A DNA stretch of 63,656 bases, filler included, from Reticulomyxa filosa (GCA_000512085.1; 16 parts of 16 records of this genome joined end to end with filler, not necessarily neighbours in it); one strand, 5' to 3'; positions 46,802 to 60,834 are shown, counted from the whole stretch's first letter. Numbers and translations: made by a program. The notes: generated from the sequence alone by a model not told the origin.

Positions 46802-49800
46802 TTACTGTTGTGCCTTGGATTTAGGCTTAAGACCGAATAGTTTGAATTTCTTTCGTCCCGTTGATACAGCTTTCATATATGTGGATTGAGACATGATATA
46901 ATCAGGATGATTTTTGTCAACTTGAAATTCGGCAAATCCCATATCTAAATCCAAGTGAAGCATTCATACATCAAATGCAACAAAACAAAACAAATTTTTT
47001 TGAATTCTGTAACTACAAGTCTACAATATATGCAAATTATATAAAAATACGTAACGTTCTCTGGATTTGACTTCTTCTCCTTCTTTGACAGAAGATTCTT
47101 GCTGTTGTAAATGAGCTTTGATTTCATTGAGGAATCTGGTACGTAAAGTTGGATTATTTTCTAACTCCTCAACAATATTCAATCGAGTCGGGAAATACAT
47201 TCGTCGAACATATCGGAACAGTATTTCTGGGACAATACATAAAGACACTGCAAACATGACAATAAACCAAAATATCGGCATTTTGAATGCATGTTGTGCA
47301 ACTTGGTAAATATCGTTATTACCCCAGCCCAAATTTGGTGGAATGGCACTCCACACAATAGCAAAGACAAACCAAAGCAACAGGGACAAGAAAAACACAA
47401 GAGCGGTCCATGATGTCCATGTTTTTGTCTCAATCATCATTTTGATCGTAGCGACTGTTACCAATGATGTAAACATGGTAGTGGCGGACACCCAATAACC
47501 GCCAACTTTTCCGTCGGAATATGTTTGCGAGTCAATGAAAAAGATAGTTCCAAAGAATATCATCATTGAATTAATAACTCCTTCCAAGACATAAAAACCG
47601 AAAATACGCAAACTGAATGATCCATTCCTTGGCCCGTTTTCATACAACTCTGGACAGCATCTGGCAATTTCTTTGGAATAGGGTCGATCCAATGTTGCCG
47701 CAAATAACACAGGCAATGCCGTAAATACGAGATTGTAGCATGAACCACTGAAGGCGTCATAAAACAATGAGCCCGTGTACCCACTAAAAAATGAGAACCA
47801 AATTTGTGTCATACTGAAGCAAATGTTCTTGTAAAATGAATACAAAATTAATACAGAAATTCGGCGATAATCCCAAGCGCCATGAATAAGCAGCAGTTCT
47901 TGCAAAAATCGGAACTGCGCAATGGCATAATCACTTGCCATCACTGCCTGCAATCCTTCTTGCCCACTAATACCAACTCCTACATGTGCAGCTTTGATCA
48001 TTGGCACGTCATTGGCACCGTCACCAATTGCCAAGGTAATTATTCCTTTCACATTATTTTTGACCAACTGCACCATTTGTGACTTTTGTTTGGGCGACAC
48101 TCGGCAGCACACCACGGCTCGGCATTTCTTACAAATTTTCAGCACTTTCTCTTGCATGCGTAACTCTTCAAGCATTTGTTCCTCGGTGGGTGGAATTTCT
48201 TTCCCTTGTGCATCTCTCTTTCGATGCGGGAAAACATAGCCTAAAGCTTTTCCAGAAATGACCAATCCTTGATCGGGGTTATTTTCTGGTTTGTTTTCCA
48301 AAAATTTCCAAGCATCGTCAAAAGCTGTTTCCGTGATTGTCTTGGCTTCTTCATCGGGTAATTTTTCATCGGGGTCAATAACGTATAAAGTTTTGTCTTT
48401 TTCATTCATTGTGGAGGTCAGTAATTTGCAGGAGCGACCAATATTGATTGCAGTTTCTACTTTGTCCCCGGTCAAGACCCAGATGCTGATACCAGCAACA
48501 GCCAACGTCGCAATTGTGTCGGGGACATTGTCTTGCAAACGATCTTCAATGGCAGTGGCTCCCAACAGCGCCAATTCTCGTTCAATTTCATCAAAGCATG
48601 CATCCACGAGCTCATCTCGATTTTCCATGGCAGCACGGGCTTTGTTCAATTTTTGAAGCCAATTCCAGTACTCTTCATCGTCCAATATACGTACGCCACA
48701 TACTAATGTGCGCAGACCGTCTGCGGCGAACACAGCCAAGCTTTGCAATAACTCGGGCCACACTGTTTTTTTCTGGTCTTCACGCAGACGTTGGAAGATC
48801 ACGTTATCAGCTCCTTTGCTGTATAGTTTGAACTTGCCATCTCTTGGGTCTTTCAATATCACCGACATGCGTTTACGTGCACTGGAAAATTCCAAAAAGT
48901 GATATATTTCAAAGGCATGTTCTTCACCAAATATATTCACATAAAACTTTTCGCCATCCACTTGTTTTGTCTCTTTTGTTTTTGGGTTTTTCACTTCCAA
49001 GTTTTGAACGTGTGAATTAAAGAACACGTAGTGCATATTTCGAGCGAACAGCACCAATGCCTTTTCATCAGGCGACGCTGCTTGGTACACAATATTGGAA
49101 AAGTCAAATTTTTCTTCCGATTTCGTTTCAGTATTCTCTTCTTCTTCTGGATACTCGGGGATGATGGAATGACATGTCGCCATACATGTCAAAAAGTCGT
49201 TAACGATGGGTTTGTCTCGTCGATGAGCTAATCGATTATCAGTAAATCTAATACAAATAAACACATTTACACATTATATTTATATATACCGCAAATAAAA
49301 ATAAAAATAAAAAGATAGCATGATAATTATTATAATTGTAATGAAAACAATAATGTATTACCTGCATGTAGCTTCATCAAAGGGTGGAAGTCCTTTAGGA
49401 GTTGGGACTCGGTCCACATAATCATGTTGTTTTTCCATTTCTCCTGGGCCATAACGCACTCCGTCAATGTGGCAGCGAATGAATTCCATTTTATTTTGAG
49501 TCAAAGTGCCAGTTTTGTCACTGAAGATGAAGCTAACTTGCCCTAATTCTTCGTTCAAATTGGACGTGCGTGCTTGTGCGAAAACGTCTTCTCCACTATC
49601 AGATTTGCACATCATTTCTTTGTCTTGATTGATGAGCCATGCCTGCGCAAATTTCACCAATTCCATGCTCACATACAATGAAATCGGTACAAACACGTCC
49701 AACAACACCAAAAATGTAAAGTAGTTCAATAACGCAATATCACTGAAATGGCTGACATTTTTGCCATTCTTTTTCACATATTGATACCATTGATGATTTG

Positions 49801-50952
49801 CGTTGTGAGCCAGCCAAGCATAATGTGAAATGACACCAAACACACACAAAGCGGCTTGAGCTGTAAATATGACGTACAATGCCTTGTCGACGGTTAAATC
49901 GACATTGCTTCGCTTAAATCCTCGCAGTTTGTTGTTCAACATTAGTTTGCTCTCGTTCCCAGTAAATATCACCATTCCAATTATCCAATCAGTATTACGT
50001 AACGTACAACCCCTCAACAAAAGCTGATTCATTCCCACAGCTTCCCCTTCCTCTTTATCCTTAAAATATAAGGCACCATTCCAACTCGGATTTGTCCATT
50101 TTCTCATTTGGGGCCTGTCCAACACATACACAAACGTGCAAAAGACACATTAAATGAATCGCACATGTCCTTTTTGTCAAAATATAATATTCATTAACTT
50201 CTGAAATCAATTTGAAATCTAATTTTGGATTAGTTGGATAGTCTTCACCACTTTCTTTAAAGAATTCAATTAGGTATGTCGCGCCAATTGCTTGCTTAAT
50301 TTTCAAATTGGTTTCTCCGTCCAAGTTGGCGGTTTCAATGTTGCATAATCCTTGGTTTGTTGAAGATTGTAACAAAAGTAAATCTGCTGGAAATGCTCTT
50401 TCTTTTTTTGTTACTTTCACTATGTCTCCGACCTCAATGTCCTTTTTTTTTGTTTTTGTGTTTGTTTTTTTTGTTTTGTTTTGTGCCATAAAAATCTACT
50501 ATTCGCATTACTGTCGTGTCTTAAGTGCAATAAGACAATGCGAGAAGAGGAGCGGCAAAGGAAGCCTCTCTACAAATACGGACAAAAAATAGAGAGATAA
50601 ATATAAAAAGGAGAGGGTTGATGCCTGCCAAGCAATAGGTTTAAATATCCATTTATTTCCTTCTGGCCTATATGTCAGCACTTTTCTGTTGTTTATTTCT
50701 TTGTCCATTTCATACCGTTTCTGTGAACAATGTCCGTACAAAATAACACAATTAGCAAAAATTTTCTGCTTGGAATACACGTGTACAAAAATAAATAAAC
50801 AAAGATATTCCCACACATACGTAATCTTCAAAGGCTTCCTTAATTGCTGACACTGCTAACACAAAGGTCAATGGTGCTACACTAAATACTGGGTTTTTCG
50901 GAGACAATTTGGAAAATGATAGACATGCAATTATTAAGAAGTACAAGTTTGC
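46802..50952 (-). CDS. P4-ATPase phospholipid flippase (Drs2/ATP8-like); 5' end missing
   Basis: ANLYFL; AIKEAFED; [14 protein letters not shown]; [11 protein letters not shown]; PISLYVSME; [21 protein letters not shown]; [12 protein letters not shown]; KGADNVI; [10 protein letters not shown]; LTGDKVETA; CCRVSPKQK; GDGANDV; last exon (H)MGFAEF resembling the GFAFS motif. Confidence 0.96.
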
Positions 50953-51072
50953 CTACTCGTTTACCCCCCCCCNNNNNNNNNNNNNNNNNNNNNNNNNNNN
51001 NNNNNNNNNNNNNNNNTTAATTAATTAANNNNNNNNNNNNNNNNNNNNNNNNNNNNNNNNNNNNNNNNNNNN

Positions 51073-52859
51073 GGCAGACTTGATTGACCAAATGTTGAAC
51101 GATATTATCGTTAAGGTTTTCCACGTCCATGATTACAAAATCGGTCGTTTGAAATCGGAAGAAAAGCAAAAGAGTGTGTTGCCATGGCCTTCCGCTATAT
51201 AACTGAAATATCATTGACGAGACTGGTAACATGGTCGCAGTCGTTGGCAAATTTGTAACGAGGGGCCTTTGACGTATTGAAGCCACTCGCACACGCAAAA
51301 GAAAAAGGATCTGTTCTATTTATTGCAAGTGTTGCTTGTCATGTTATTACGTAACGTTTTGCACGCGATGACCAATGACGCAACGAAGAAGACAGGCCAA
51401 GAGCTGTATACATCGTCGTTTATTGCTCAATTTATAGAGAAGAGCTTAGATATATTGAAACCCAACTATCCAAAGAACAATGACGAACGAATGTGGATCA
51501 TTGAATGGGAGATCTCCAAGTCTTTTCGCTTACTCGCCGCAAAAGGCAGATGAGCAGCTCATTCAAAAGTTCCGTCGCGAGAAGACAGCACGCAAGTTGG
51601 CTTTGATTACGGCCAAAGACACACAAGAAAAGAAAAGCGATGACAACAAGCAGGACGAAGGCAAGAAGAAAACAACAGAGGAAAAGAAGCAAATAGACAA
51701 AGAGGAAGAGAAAAAGAAACAGAGAAAACCTATGATTTGAGTGGTCAAAGTTGCCATCGTTCACATGGGGGGGTCTCCGTGTTTACCAAGTATTATTGGG
51801 AAGTGGAGTTGTCCTGCTTGAAACAAGTAACCGTGGAGCGCAAGCCAGACAAGGAGAGAGCGTGCAATTGTGGAGCATAAGACGGGAAGCGCAACCGATA
51901 TAATATTGTTGTTCCGTGAAGAAGCAGTCATTCGCGAAAACGCTCGCAAGCAAAATGAAAAATCGGCAGTACCACCCTCGCTATTCAGGACGGACGCTGA
52001 ATGAGAATGTTGGGCGACAGAACAAGGCGTTTAGATGCGCGGATATGTTGGAGCAATGGATTTAGGGTAGGGAGGACACACTGGGTCGAGGCCAAAGTAA
52101 GCAAAACAAGCACACATTGCTCTCACGTTCAATTTGGACAAGGGACCTTTCCAATGAAATACTGGGAAGACAAGTTGGGTTCCAAAATTGAAGGACTGCT
52201 CTTGACAGGAACTCAAATCGTATACAACAACACCACCTATCGAGGGTCGTTGCGATATCGTTGGTACGAAGTCCCAATTGTTAAACAAGGCATTCAATAT
52301 ATCTTGCAAGCCTTGAAGAATGTGAATTTGGTGGTCAATGAAGGTTGGCGCAGCAATGGTCATTTTCGATTATGCGCAATGTTATTGTTGGAGAAGTTGG
52401 TAAGGAAATACCACAGCAAGTATTCGAATTGCATTCACCAACGTTATCCTCGTGCGTTGTTGTGGAAAGAAATTGGACACTTTGACAGAATACCATGATG
52501 TGTGATGCTATATAGCAGACAAGCACCGCGAGTGCTATGGCTATGGTACCACTACGAATTTATTGCATGGAGACGAAAGCAAAAAGCGCAATTACGAAGC
52601 GTGATGAATTGATCGAACAGCGGCTGCGCTGCGCATCACAAAGTCGGCAATCCATTTGCGGTTCGTTTGGAAACATTTAATGCATTATCGACAAGAGTTG
52701 TTGGAGGAGTTTTTGGACAGTAGCAAAAGCCAAAGCCTTATCGTGGTGGTGTCTTTTACGTTCGGCCTTTGGAACGCGCTTCCAGTCACGAGCACAACGA
52801 GAGCAAGACCTGCTCCAATGATCCGTTAGTCAAGCCGCACTTTCGTTCTGCTCTGCAGG
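51073..52859 (+). pseudogene. Fragmented, intronless relic of a large protein-coding gene (family not identified)
   Basis: Coding-like GC content with a chain of overlapping short ORFs (51323, 51480, 52001...) broken by many stops and frameshifts. Confidence 0.45.
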
Positions 52860-52959
52860 NNNNNNNNNNNNNNNNNNNNNNNNNNNNNNNNNNNNNNNNN
52901 NNNTTAATTAATTAANNNNNNNNNNNNNNNNNNNNNNNNNNNNNNNNNNNNNNNNNNNN

Positions 52960-52998
<39 letters not shown>

Positions 52999-52999
52999 A

Positions 53000-54455
53000 A
53001 CCTGAAATGGAAGCGAAATTTGTTTGAATACGTCCGTTGTTCGGTTCCATCGAAAAGTGGTAAAACTGTGGGCAATAGGCGACGAAGAGCAGGCAAAACG
53101 TTGCCGCAATGCGCTGACTCGGAAGTGCTGTTGACTGTGCCACCAGCAGCTGCAGTAGCGACAATGACGGGCGTGTCGGCAGCGCCAAAAATGACAGCAC
53201 CAGTGCCACTCGCGACGGCAGCCTCAATGAATTGCAATGGCATGAATCCAATGATGGGTTGGCTTCCATCGATGTACTATTCGACCATTCCAGGATTAAG
53301 CAATGGCAATAATACCATCAATAATAACAATAATATTGGGACTGGCTTGTATTCACTGAACTTGAATAACATTGACCAGCTTTGCAAGGCCATCCATTGC
53401 AATAATGCCACCACGTTGTCAACGACTTGTCAGTTGAGTACGAGAAAAGGGGAGGGAAGGGAAGGGAAGGGAGAGCAAAGGATGCGTGGGAATGATGTTC
53501 TTGTTTGTGTAATGTTGCATTTAAAAAAAATGTTTGTTTGTAATAATTAATTGTTAATAAATGCTCCGAATAGACTCAAGTCTGGAGATCATCCAGCCAT
53601 TGGGAATTTGACATCACCAATGCTATCGAGTAGCTGTTTGTCACTGCATGGACTAGGAATGATATCGACACCACCGGTGATGGGCATATCGTCCCCTGCT
53701 GCCACTGCCGTTGGTTCCATGTATTCTACTCCACACCAACTATCTAATTCGCCTAACATTGGCCAAGGATTATCTCCAAATACCATGCAGTCCTGTCTTT
53801 CCCTTTGTCCGAGTTTGAATTTGATTGCCACGAATCCAATTCAAACGCTGCCAACAGTCCCAATCTTGGAGGCGATCCCATCTCTGTCCAGCATTGCTAG
53901 CGCTTCCACAGTGACCACCCCAACTCCAACCCTTGCCAGCCCGTCACTAACAAGTTATTCAACTTCCAGTGGAATTTCTTCTTCAAAAGTTAGTGTTTTG
54001 TTTTGTTTTTTGCATATACAATTTATATAAAGATATGTATGTATGTTATATATATATATATATATACATATGACAAACTATTTGTGATGTGTGAATAAAA
54101 ATGATAAATAAATGAACAAATGAATAATACAACAAAAAAGACGATTATCACTGAGTTATCACCAGCCATTTCATCGATTTCAAGGACATTGTCGGCTGAA
54201 AGTACCAAGAGTGCTGCGATGAGCAACGATTCGTCGTCATTGCCCACAGTATGGAGTGCCAAGCAACGTGAAATTGGGGATACCATTTATCACGAATTAA
54301 AGTCCGAATTCCCGGAACGTGTCGCGAAAATCACTGGGATGTTTTTGTCTTTGCCAAAAGAGGAGTTGCACAGGCTACTTGTTGACACCAAAAAATTGAA
54401 AACAAGAGCAAATCAATTTGTTCAATTATTAGACAATTACGAACGCTTACTTTAA
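53000..54455 (+). CDS. 3' part of a protein with long S/T/P/M/N-rich low-complexity region and a C-terminal MLLE (PABC) domain
   Basis: KQREIGDTIYHELKSEFPERVAKITGMFLSLPKEELHRLL..LKTRANQFVQLL matches the MLLE consensus QKQ.LGE.LY......A.KITGMLLE....ELL.LL. Confidence 0.75.
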
Positions 54456-54678
54456 ACACAAACTTGTGTTNNNNNNNNNNNNNNNNNNNNNNNNNNNNNN
54501 NNNNNNNNNNNNNNTTAATTAATTAANNNNNNNNNNNNNNNNNNNNNNNNNNNNNNNNNNNNNNNNNNNNTTTTTTTTTTTTTTTTAAGAAAAGTGATCA
54601 AAAGTAGTGAAAATTGAAGAGAAGAAGGGGTTGTACTTTTTTTTTGAATGTAATCATTGTTTGGAATACGTAGTGTAG

Positions 54679-55784
54679 ATTTGTGCAATTACAATATGCG
54701 AGAACGTGGAAGCAACAAGTCTTTTCAAATAAACGATGATGAATGTCGTCGCCTGGTGGATTCAATTGCGAAAGACAATTCAATATTTTTTCACAATGTG
54801 ATCATCCGTAAAGAAACAGCGACGAAATTTGAACGGATTTGGAATTGCAAAGGAATTCAAAACACGTTCGAACATTTTCGAAAGCAGCATGTTATGGATA
54901 ATACCCCTTATTTTTTAAACCAGATTTCGCAATTGTATATCAATGGAGATGATCAATGCAACAAAATCAAGCGTGAGGACATGAGATACGTACCTTCATG
55001 GGATGATTATCTGAGGGTTCGTGACCAAACCACTGGTATTTCTATACATACATGTATATAAACTCTATGTACTTTTTGCGTGCGTAGCTATTACGACAAG
55101 TCAAAAGTTTTGGTTGAATGTACAAAGGTGTGGTAACGTATACTATAACATCGAAAGTGCAAAATAGAAACTGGATGTTTCGACTGATTGACGTTGGTGG
55201 ACAAAAAAGCGAAAGAAAAAAATGGGTCAACGTTTTTCATGACGTTGGGGTTGTTGTTTATGTTATGTCTTTAAATGCATATGATCAAATGAGTAATGAT
55301 GATCCCCGAGTCAAATGCTTTGACGAAGCTTTTGACGTGTTTCGACAAGTCGCTTCCAATCCAGTTTTTCAGAGTACTGACTTTTTCCTGTTTTTAAATA
55401 AAGTTAAGAAACATAGTCTTCTATCAATCAGACCAAAACAATCCTACGTGACCACAGTGAGACTTATTTTTTTTTTTTTTTGCCCCTTTTCTTTCTCAAA
55501 AAAAACAGATTGACCTATTCGAAGAAAAAATTAAAGATGTTCCCTTCACTTTGTTCGACAGTTCATTTGATGACTCGCTCAAAAATGATCCAACCGGGGT
55601 TATCCAATATGTTAAAGCCAGATATAAGGCTATTTGGAATGATTGTCCAGAAGAGTGGCAGGAGAAAAGGGCTTTATTTTTTCATTTAACTTGCTCTGTA
55701 AACACTTCCATGATGCAATCTACTATCGCCAGTACCAACGTTGTTTTGATTAAACGGAAAATGCAAAAAGCTTCCATTCTTTGA
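54679..55784 (+). CDS. Heterotrimeric G-protein alpha subunit (5' exons missing)
   Basis: DNTPYFL; YVPSWDDYLRVRDQTTG (switch I); FRLIDVGGQKSERKKW; SLNAYDQ; FFLFLNK/IDLFEEK; HLTCSVNT. Confidence 0.93.
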
Positions 55785-56766
55785 TACGTACTCTTCTTCG
55801 CGCTATAAGGAGGACGAACGAGAGAAAAAAAAGTAAAGTAATCAGAGAAGCAATTAGCTTGCTTCAATCAATTGAGGGGGTATTTCTTTTTTAAATATGT
55901 TGTGGAATGCTATAAATATATGGATACTGTTTTGTTTTTTTGTTTTAGTTGCGATGAATTTTTTACGTTAATGTTTGTAAGAAAGATCATATTGAAATGG
56001 TTAGTCTCATCTTTAACGTATTTTCATATGTGAAATTTTGGTGTGTTTTAGGGGGGTAATCGGGTTTATGGTATGACAATCTTTTCAAAGGAGAGAAAAA
56101 AATGTTTCATAAATCTTTTGTCAAATGTGTTTTTTTCTCCTTTCATTGACGCTTTTTTTTGTTTGTTGATGTTACCGACACTTTCATTCTAGGTTTTTAT
56201 CTGTTGCTCTTGACGTAATCTTTGTAGTTGACAGAAAATATATTAAATTTTTGGGGGGACAATTATCATTTTTTATATTGTCAAAACGGAAGGGAAAAAA
56301 AATCTGCTTTTAGCAAATTAGTTCAAAATCGGCACACCTCACCAATATGGTGGAAAAAAAAAGAAAGTCATGAAAATGCAGAGCAAAGGAAAAAATAAAC
56401 AACAAAAAAAAATAATAATGACAATGAACCAAAAAAGATCACACATTGTGTGTAAGACAACCCGCCCTTAAAAAACTGTTGCAAGTTGTTGTTGATAAGA
56501 TGTTGTTGGCCGCACAACAAAGCACGTCAATTCAACAAACCAACGAACAAACAACCCAAAATTCCTCGTTCTGTTGTTAAGGGTACACAAGGAAAAAAAA
56601 TAGCAAAATCAAAAAACAATTTTTGTGTTTATTTTTTTTTTTTTTAATCAAAATCCATCAAAAAGAACAACAAAAAAAAAAAAATTACAAAATAAAATAA
56701 CGGCAACTAAACCTAAGCCATAAAAAAAAGAGGAACAAAAAAAAAAATTTATACATAAATGTAGGT

Positions 56767-57185
56767 TTATTGGTCTTGTTCTGATTCTTCTTCGTTTTCA
56801 GCCGCCAAAGGGAGTAATGGATTGGAAGATCTATCCACCAAAGTGAAAACAGTTCCATCTTCCGAAGTCACACTAATGGACAATGTTTCGAAAGTCCTGT
56901 GGGTCACTTTGGTTGTTTTAGTATCACTATGCGTATCACTAATGGTATCTGAGCGCTTTGAGGCAGCCACTGTTGATGACCGTGTAGCTTCATGATGTTC
57001 GTTCTTAGTTTTGTTACTAGTGTTATTCGTACCAGTATTTTTTTTCGTGTTCCGACTCTTAGTCTTCGATTTACTTTTGCTTTTACTCTTGCTCTTGTTT
57101 CCGTTTTCAGTGTTGTCATCACTCATTTGTTCTCGTTCCAATTTTTTTTTGTCGCCCCAATCGTTTGCTTCAATCCCTTCCTCGT
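56767..57185 (-). CDS. Terminal exon of a low-complexity (K/S/T-rich) hypothetical protein
   Basis: Open frame with a (KS)n repeat, ending EEESEQDQ*; contig truncated upstream. Confidence 0.4.
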
Positions 57186-57474
57186 CTGTTTTTGTTGGGT
57201 TTTTTTTTTTTTTTTTNNNNNNNNNNNNNNNNNNNNNNNNNNNNNNNNNNNNNNNNNNNNTTAATTAATTAANNNNNNNNNNNNNNNNNNNNNNNNNNNN
57301 NNNNNNNNNNNNNNNNTTTTTTTCTTGCACAAAGAACAAAAAAGAAAGGAAACGTAAAGATTCAGTACAAAAACAATTGAAAATGATGGTCATGCAAATT
57401 GAAAAATAGACTTTTAGCAAAAATACGACAGTTTTGAGCCGCTATCTCAAGGTTCCCCAGTTAGAAAGGTTGAG

Positions 57475-59050
57475 GTGGACACTGACAATTTTGAGGTCGA
57501 AGACTTTTCACTGACAGTAAAGCGAACAGATGAAAGGGATAAAGAAGCGAGCGGATTGATAGTAGACGGTCATGAACGTGGCCGCATACGGTCAAAAGGA
57601 GCCGACATCTCTCTAGCACCGAAACATATCCTGGAACAAGAGCAGATATATCAATTGAAAAAGAAGCAAACGAAACAGCAAGGCAAAATCAAAAAGATGG
57701 ACGACACTGATACCTTTTATGTGTGTGTATGTGTTTGGGTTTGTATTCCTAAAACGGCGTGTAAGCCCCATTTGCAATGCAACAGATGCGGCGGAAATGT
57801 AACGACCAATCGATCAGCCAATCAATCAATTAAATAAAACAAAAATAAAAAAAAAGGGGACCTCAATTGGTTCAGACAAAAATGAATACACATCGTATGT
57901 AATTATTGGTGCGTGTATGGCCCCTTTCAATTCCAAAGTGACAGTTTATGTCAAACGATTCGACGTATTGAGCCAATTTGCTCAACATGTTAGAATCTCC
58001 GATATTGTTATTTTTTTTTTTTGTTCCTATTGACGTTGTAGTTTTGTTCTGTTGTACAAATACAAACATGGACGTAATGTTTGTCTTTGTTTGCACAACC
58101 AATCTCAATACTAACAACTCTGTTTTAAGTTGAGCAAGAGCTTGCCTCAAGTACTTGTAAGGAGAGTATATATTCCACATCGCATATGTGTTTGTTTGGA
58201 TTTATTGACAAACGCAAGCTGCATCGGCGCAAGACAACTGATCAAACGAGTATTTCTGTATTATTTGCGAGAACGCCACTGTCAACTCGATGCCATTTGT
58301 TTTTGTCAGTCTTTAGCTTCACAGTTGTGTCTGTGTTCTCGACGTATACATATATATATATATGTGTATGTATATGTATACGTAATCTGTGCGTTGTGAT
58401 TTTTGCTGAATGAAAACATCATAAAGATCACGAAGTGGAAGAGCGTGTACGCTTGGGACAGTATCGAGCAGACTCTTATATGCATGTCGAAAGGAAACAT
58501 ACATAAGCGACAGCTGTGAGTGCATTTGTCGGTTCTCATCACAATGAGCGAGGGAAAAGGATGATGATCACTCCAGGCATATTTTGAATGACGACAACGA
58601 AGATGAAGAAGAATGAAAAAGAGTCCAGGGGCTATGACAATGGCAATGGACAATTCATGGGATCTCAAAACAACACCAACCAAGCCTCAAGACTATTACC
58701 AAAGGGAGAGGGGTCGTGTTACATCGAAAAGCACGCTTCCTTATAGGCAACAAATCAGTTGGCGACGCAATTCAATGAATCTACGCATTATCCGCAACGC
58801 CTCCGAGGCCATCAGCGAGCAGTCCTTGTCCTACAAGATCCTCACGCGCTGGCAATTGGGGCAGCTTCAATAACGGAGGTATCTCCAATGCCAGTTTGCA
58901 GTTTGATCTTGCAAATGCCAAGTATAAGTATATGCACTTGTTGGGATACAATTTCGAGGTGCTGTCCAAAATGTGCTTGAGAGAGCTTGCGATATAGCGT
59001 GAGAGTGCACACGATGACCCACGCTTTATTTGTGAAATGTTTCATGAATT
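57475..59050 (+). pseudogene. Decayed multi-exon gene ending in a WD40-like repeat
   Basis: Broken ORFs separated by intron-like sequence; LRGHQRAVLVL..ICTCWD resembles one WD40 repeat. Confidence 0.3.
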
Positions 59051-59159
59051 NNNNNNNNNNNNNNNNNNNNNNNNNNNNNNNNNNNNNNNNNNNNTTAATT
59101 AATTAANNNNNNNNNNNNNNNNNNNNNNNNNNNNNNNNNNNNNNNNNNNNTAATAGCAT

Positions 59160-60330
59160 CGCCCATCCGAAGGATACACTTATTACAGTTCCACAACGAA
59201 TAACACATGTTCGAGACCATCATACAGCACAACATTGGCCATTACAAATGGACTATCCAACTCCAATTCGCAATATCTTTATCTTGAAGCAAGGGGTCTT
59301 TGTCGCTGCGCTATCGTATTCAGTATTTCAAGCCACTTGTGATACAAAGGCACACGCTTGCTTTTCAATATCGATGCAATTCATCCAATTTGTACAATCC
59401 GAAAAACACAGCACACTTCGAAACGGCTTCGTAAAGACTAGGTTTGTTATGGCAATACGCATCTTCCTCACAACTGTAGTGATAAAGGCGTGTATATATA
59501 TTGTAGGATGCCTTGTTGGGAATATCGTTTGACTTCGTGTTGGTATCAAAGTTGATGTTATTGTCGAGAAATGTGAGGAATATTGGAAAATAAGGCCAAG
59601 ATCACATTGAATACGGAGTATACCAATATGAAGGATATCTTGTATGGTTTGTGCATGATAGCGACTGTGCTTAACATGACTTCTAATATGTGGTATTGAC
59701 GGGACAAATGCTAGAATTTTTGTGAGAGAAATAGAAAAAAAACGAGTGATGAAAATTGTAGGATCATACATATTCCATTATATGTTGCGCGTATCATTGT
59801 GGTAGTTGTATCCCTACGTACTATGACAATTTGGCTCCAATTGGCTAATAAAAGAGGATGCGATTGTGAGTAAAGGTATCAGTTATGGCGCAGGCAATTG
59901 AGATTTCCATTATAAATTGCTTGGGGACTAAATAAAGAGTAATTTCTGTGCAATACAATACAATTCCATAATATGCCATCTTTTTGCAAAGAGGTCAAAC
60001 TGATTGTCCATAATCCGTCCATGTATGTCATTGGCATTTGGGCAATGTCAACGCACAATAGCACTTAGGTGCGTGACAAACGATTTCGGCGCTCCTTCCT
60101 CACGTGAGACCTTTTTTACAGCTTGACAAGTGCGCTCTTTGCATCATTGACAATATTATTGAGCGTCTGCATTCAAAATGATTCTTCGATTGAGTGTTGC
60201 CTTCTTTGCACCTGGTATCGATTTTCATAATACCGAGACTCCACTGTATTGTACGACAGATCACTAGTGTTATTTCTTCAATGGAGACACAATGTTTCTT
60301 CCGGATATGCATCGACTGGACAATACACTA
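59160..60330 (-). mobile_element. Highly decayed non-LTR retrotransposon reverse transcriptase and downstream region
   Basis: Colinear motif remnants: GLT*G (G.PQG), NANDI..GLWT..LQKD (FADD..LW..LQ.D), YDPTIF (LG..D..L.F), AQTIQDILHIGILRIQCDLGLIFQYSS (LY...IRP.LEYG...YS), AFITT..SLRSRFE, PLYHKW..SPF. Confidence 0.5.
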
Positions 60331-60834
60331 AACACGCTTACTTCGGCCAATTCTGTATCTCAAACAAATTTATTTTGACAACCTTTTGTTTTGTTTTTTA
60401 AGTTTCTTTGAATCAAAATGAAATGTAAAGCCATGTAATCAATACTTGTTGCCGGGACAGCTATAATATTTACTCCCATCGATTTTCTTCTTTTTATTTT
60501 TTCAGATGTGCGATCACGTACTTTCGTTTTTCATTGCCACCTATAATTAAAAAAAAACAACCATTTTAGTGTTGCAAAAAAAAAAAAAAATAGAAACGAA
60601 AGAATAGTATTGAAAGTGATAGAAGTATTATGTGATATATTTTTTTAATATTGGAACTTTTCTATTATCATCGCCACTGTCTATATTTTTTTATTTTAAC
60701 AAGTCATATACAAAAAAAAGAAATTATTTTTTTTNNNNNNNNNNNNNNNNNNNNNNNNNNNNNNNNNNNNNNNNNNNNTTAATTAATTAANNNNNNNNNN
60801 NNNNNNNNNNNNNNNNNNNNNNNNNNNNNNNNNN

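Noticed and set aside
11170-55784. Apparent GPCR - G-alpha - PI3K - Rho signalling cluster
   Set aside because: The Fz/Smo-like receptor, G-alpha, PI3K and Rho relic lie on different contigs separated by artificial linkers; there is no evidence of physical linkage.
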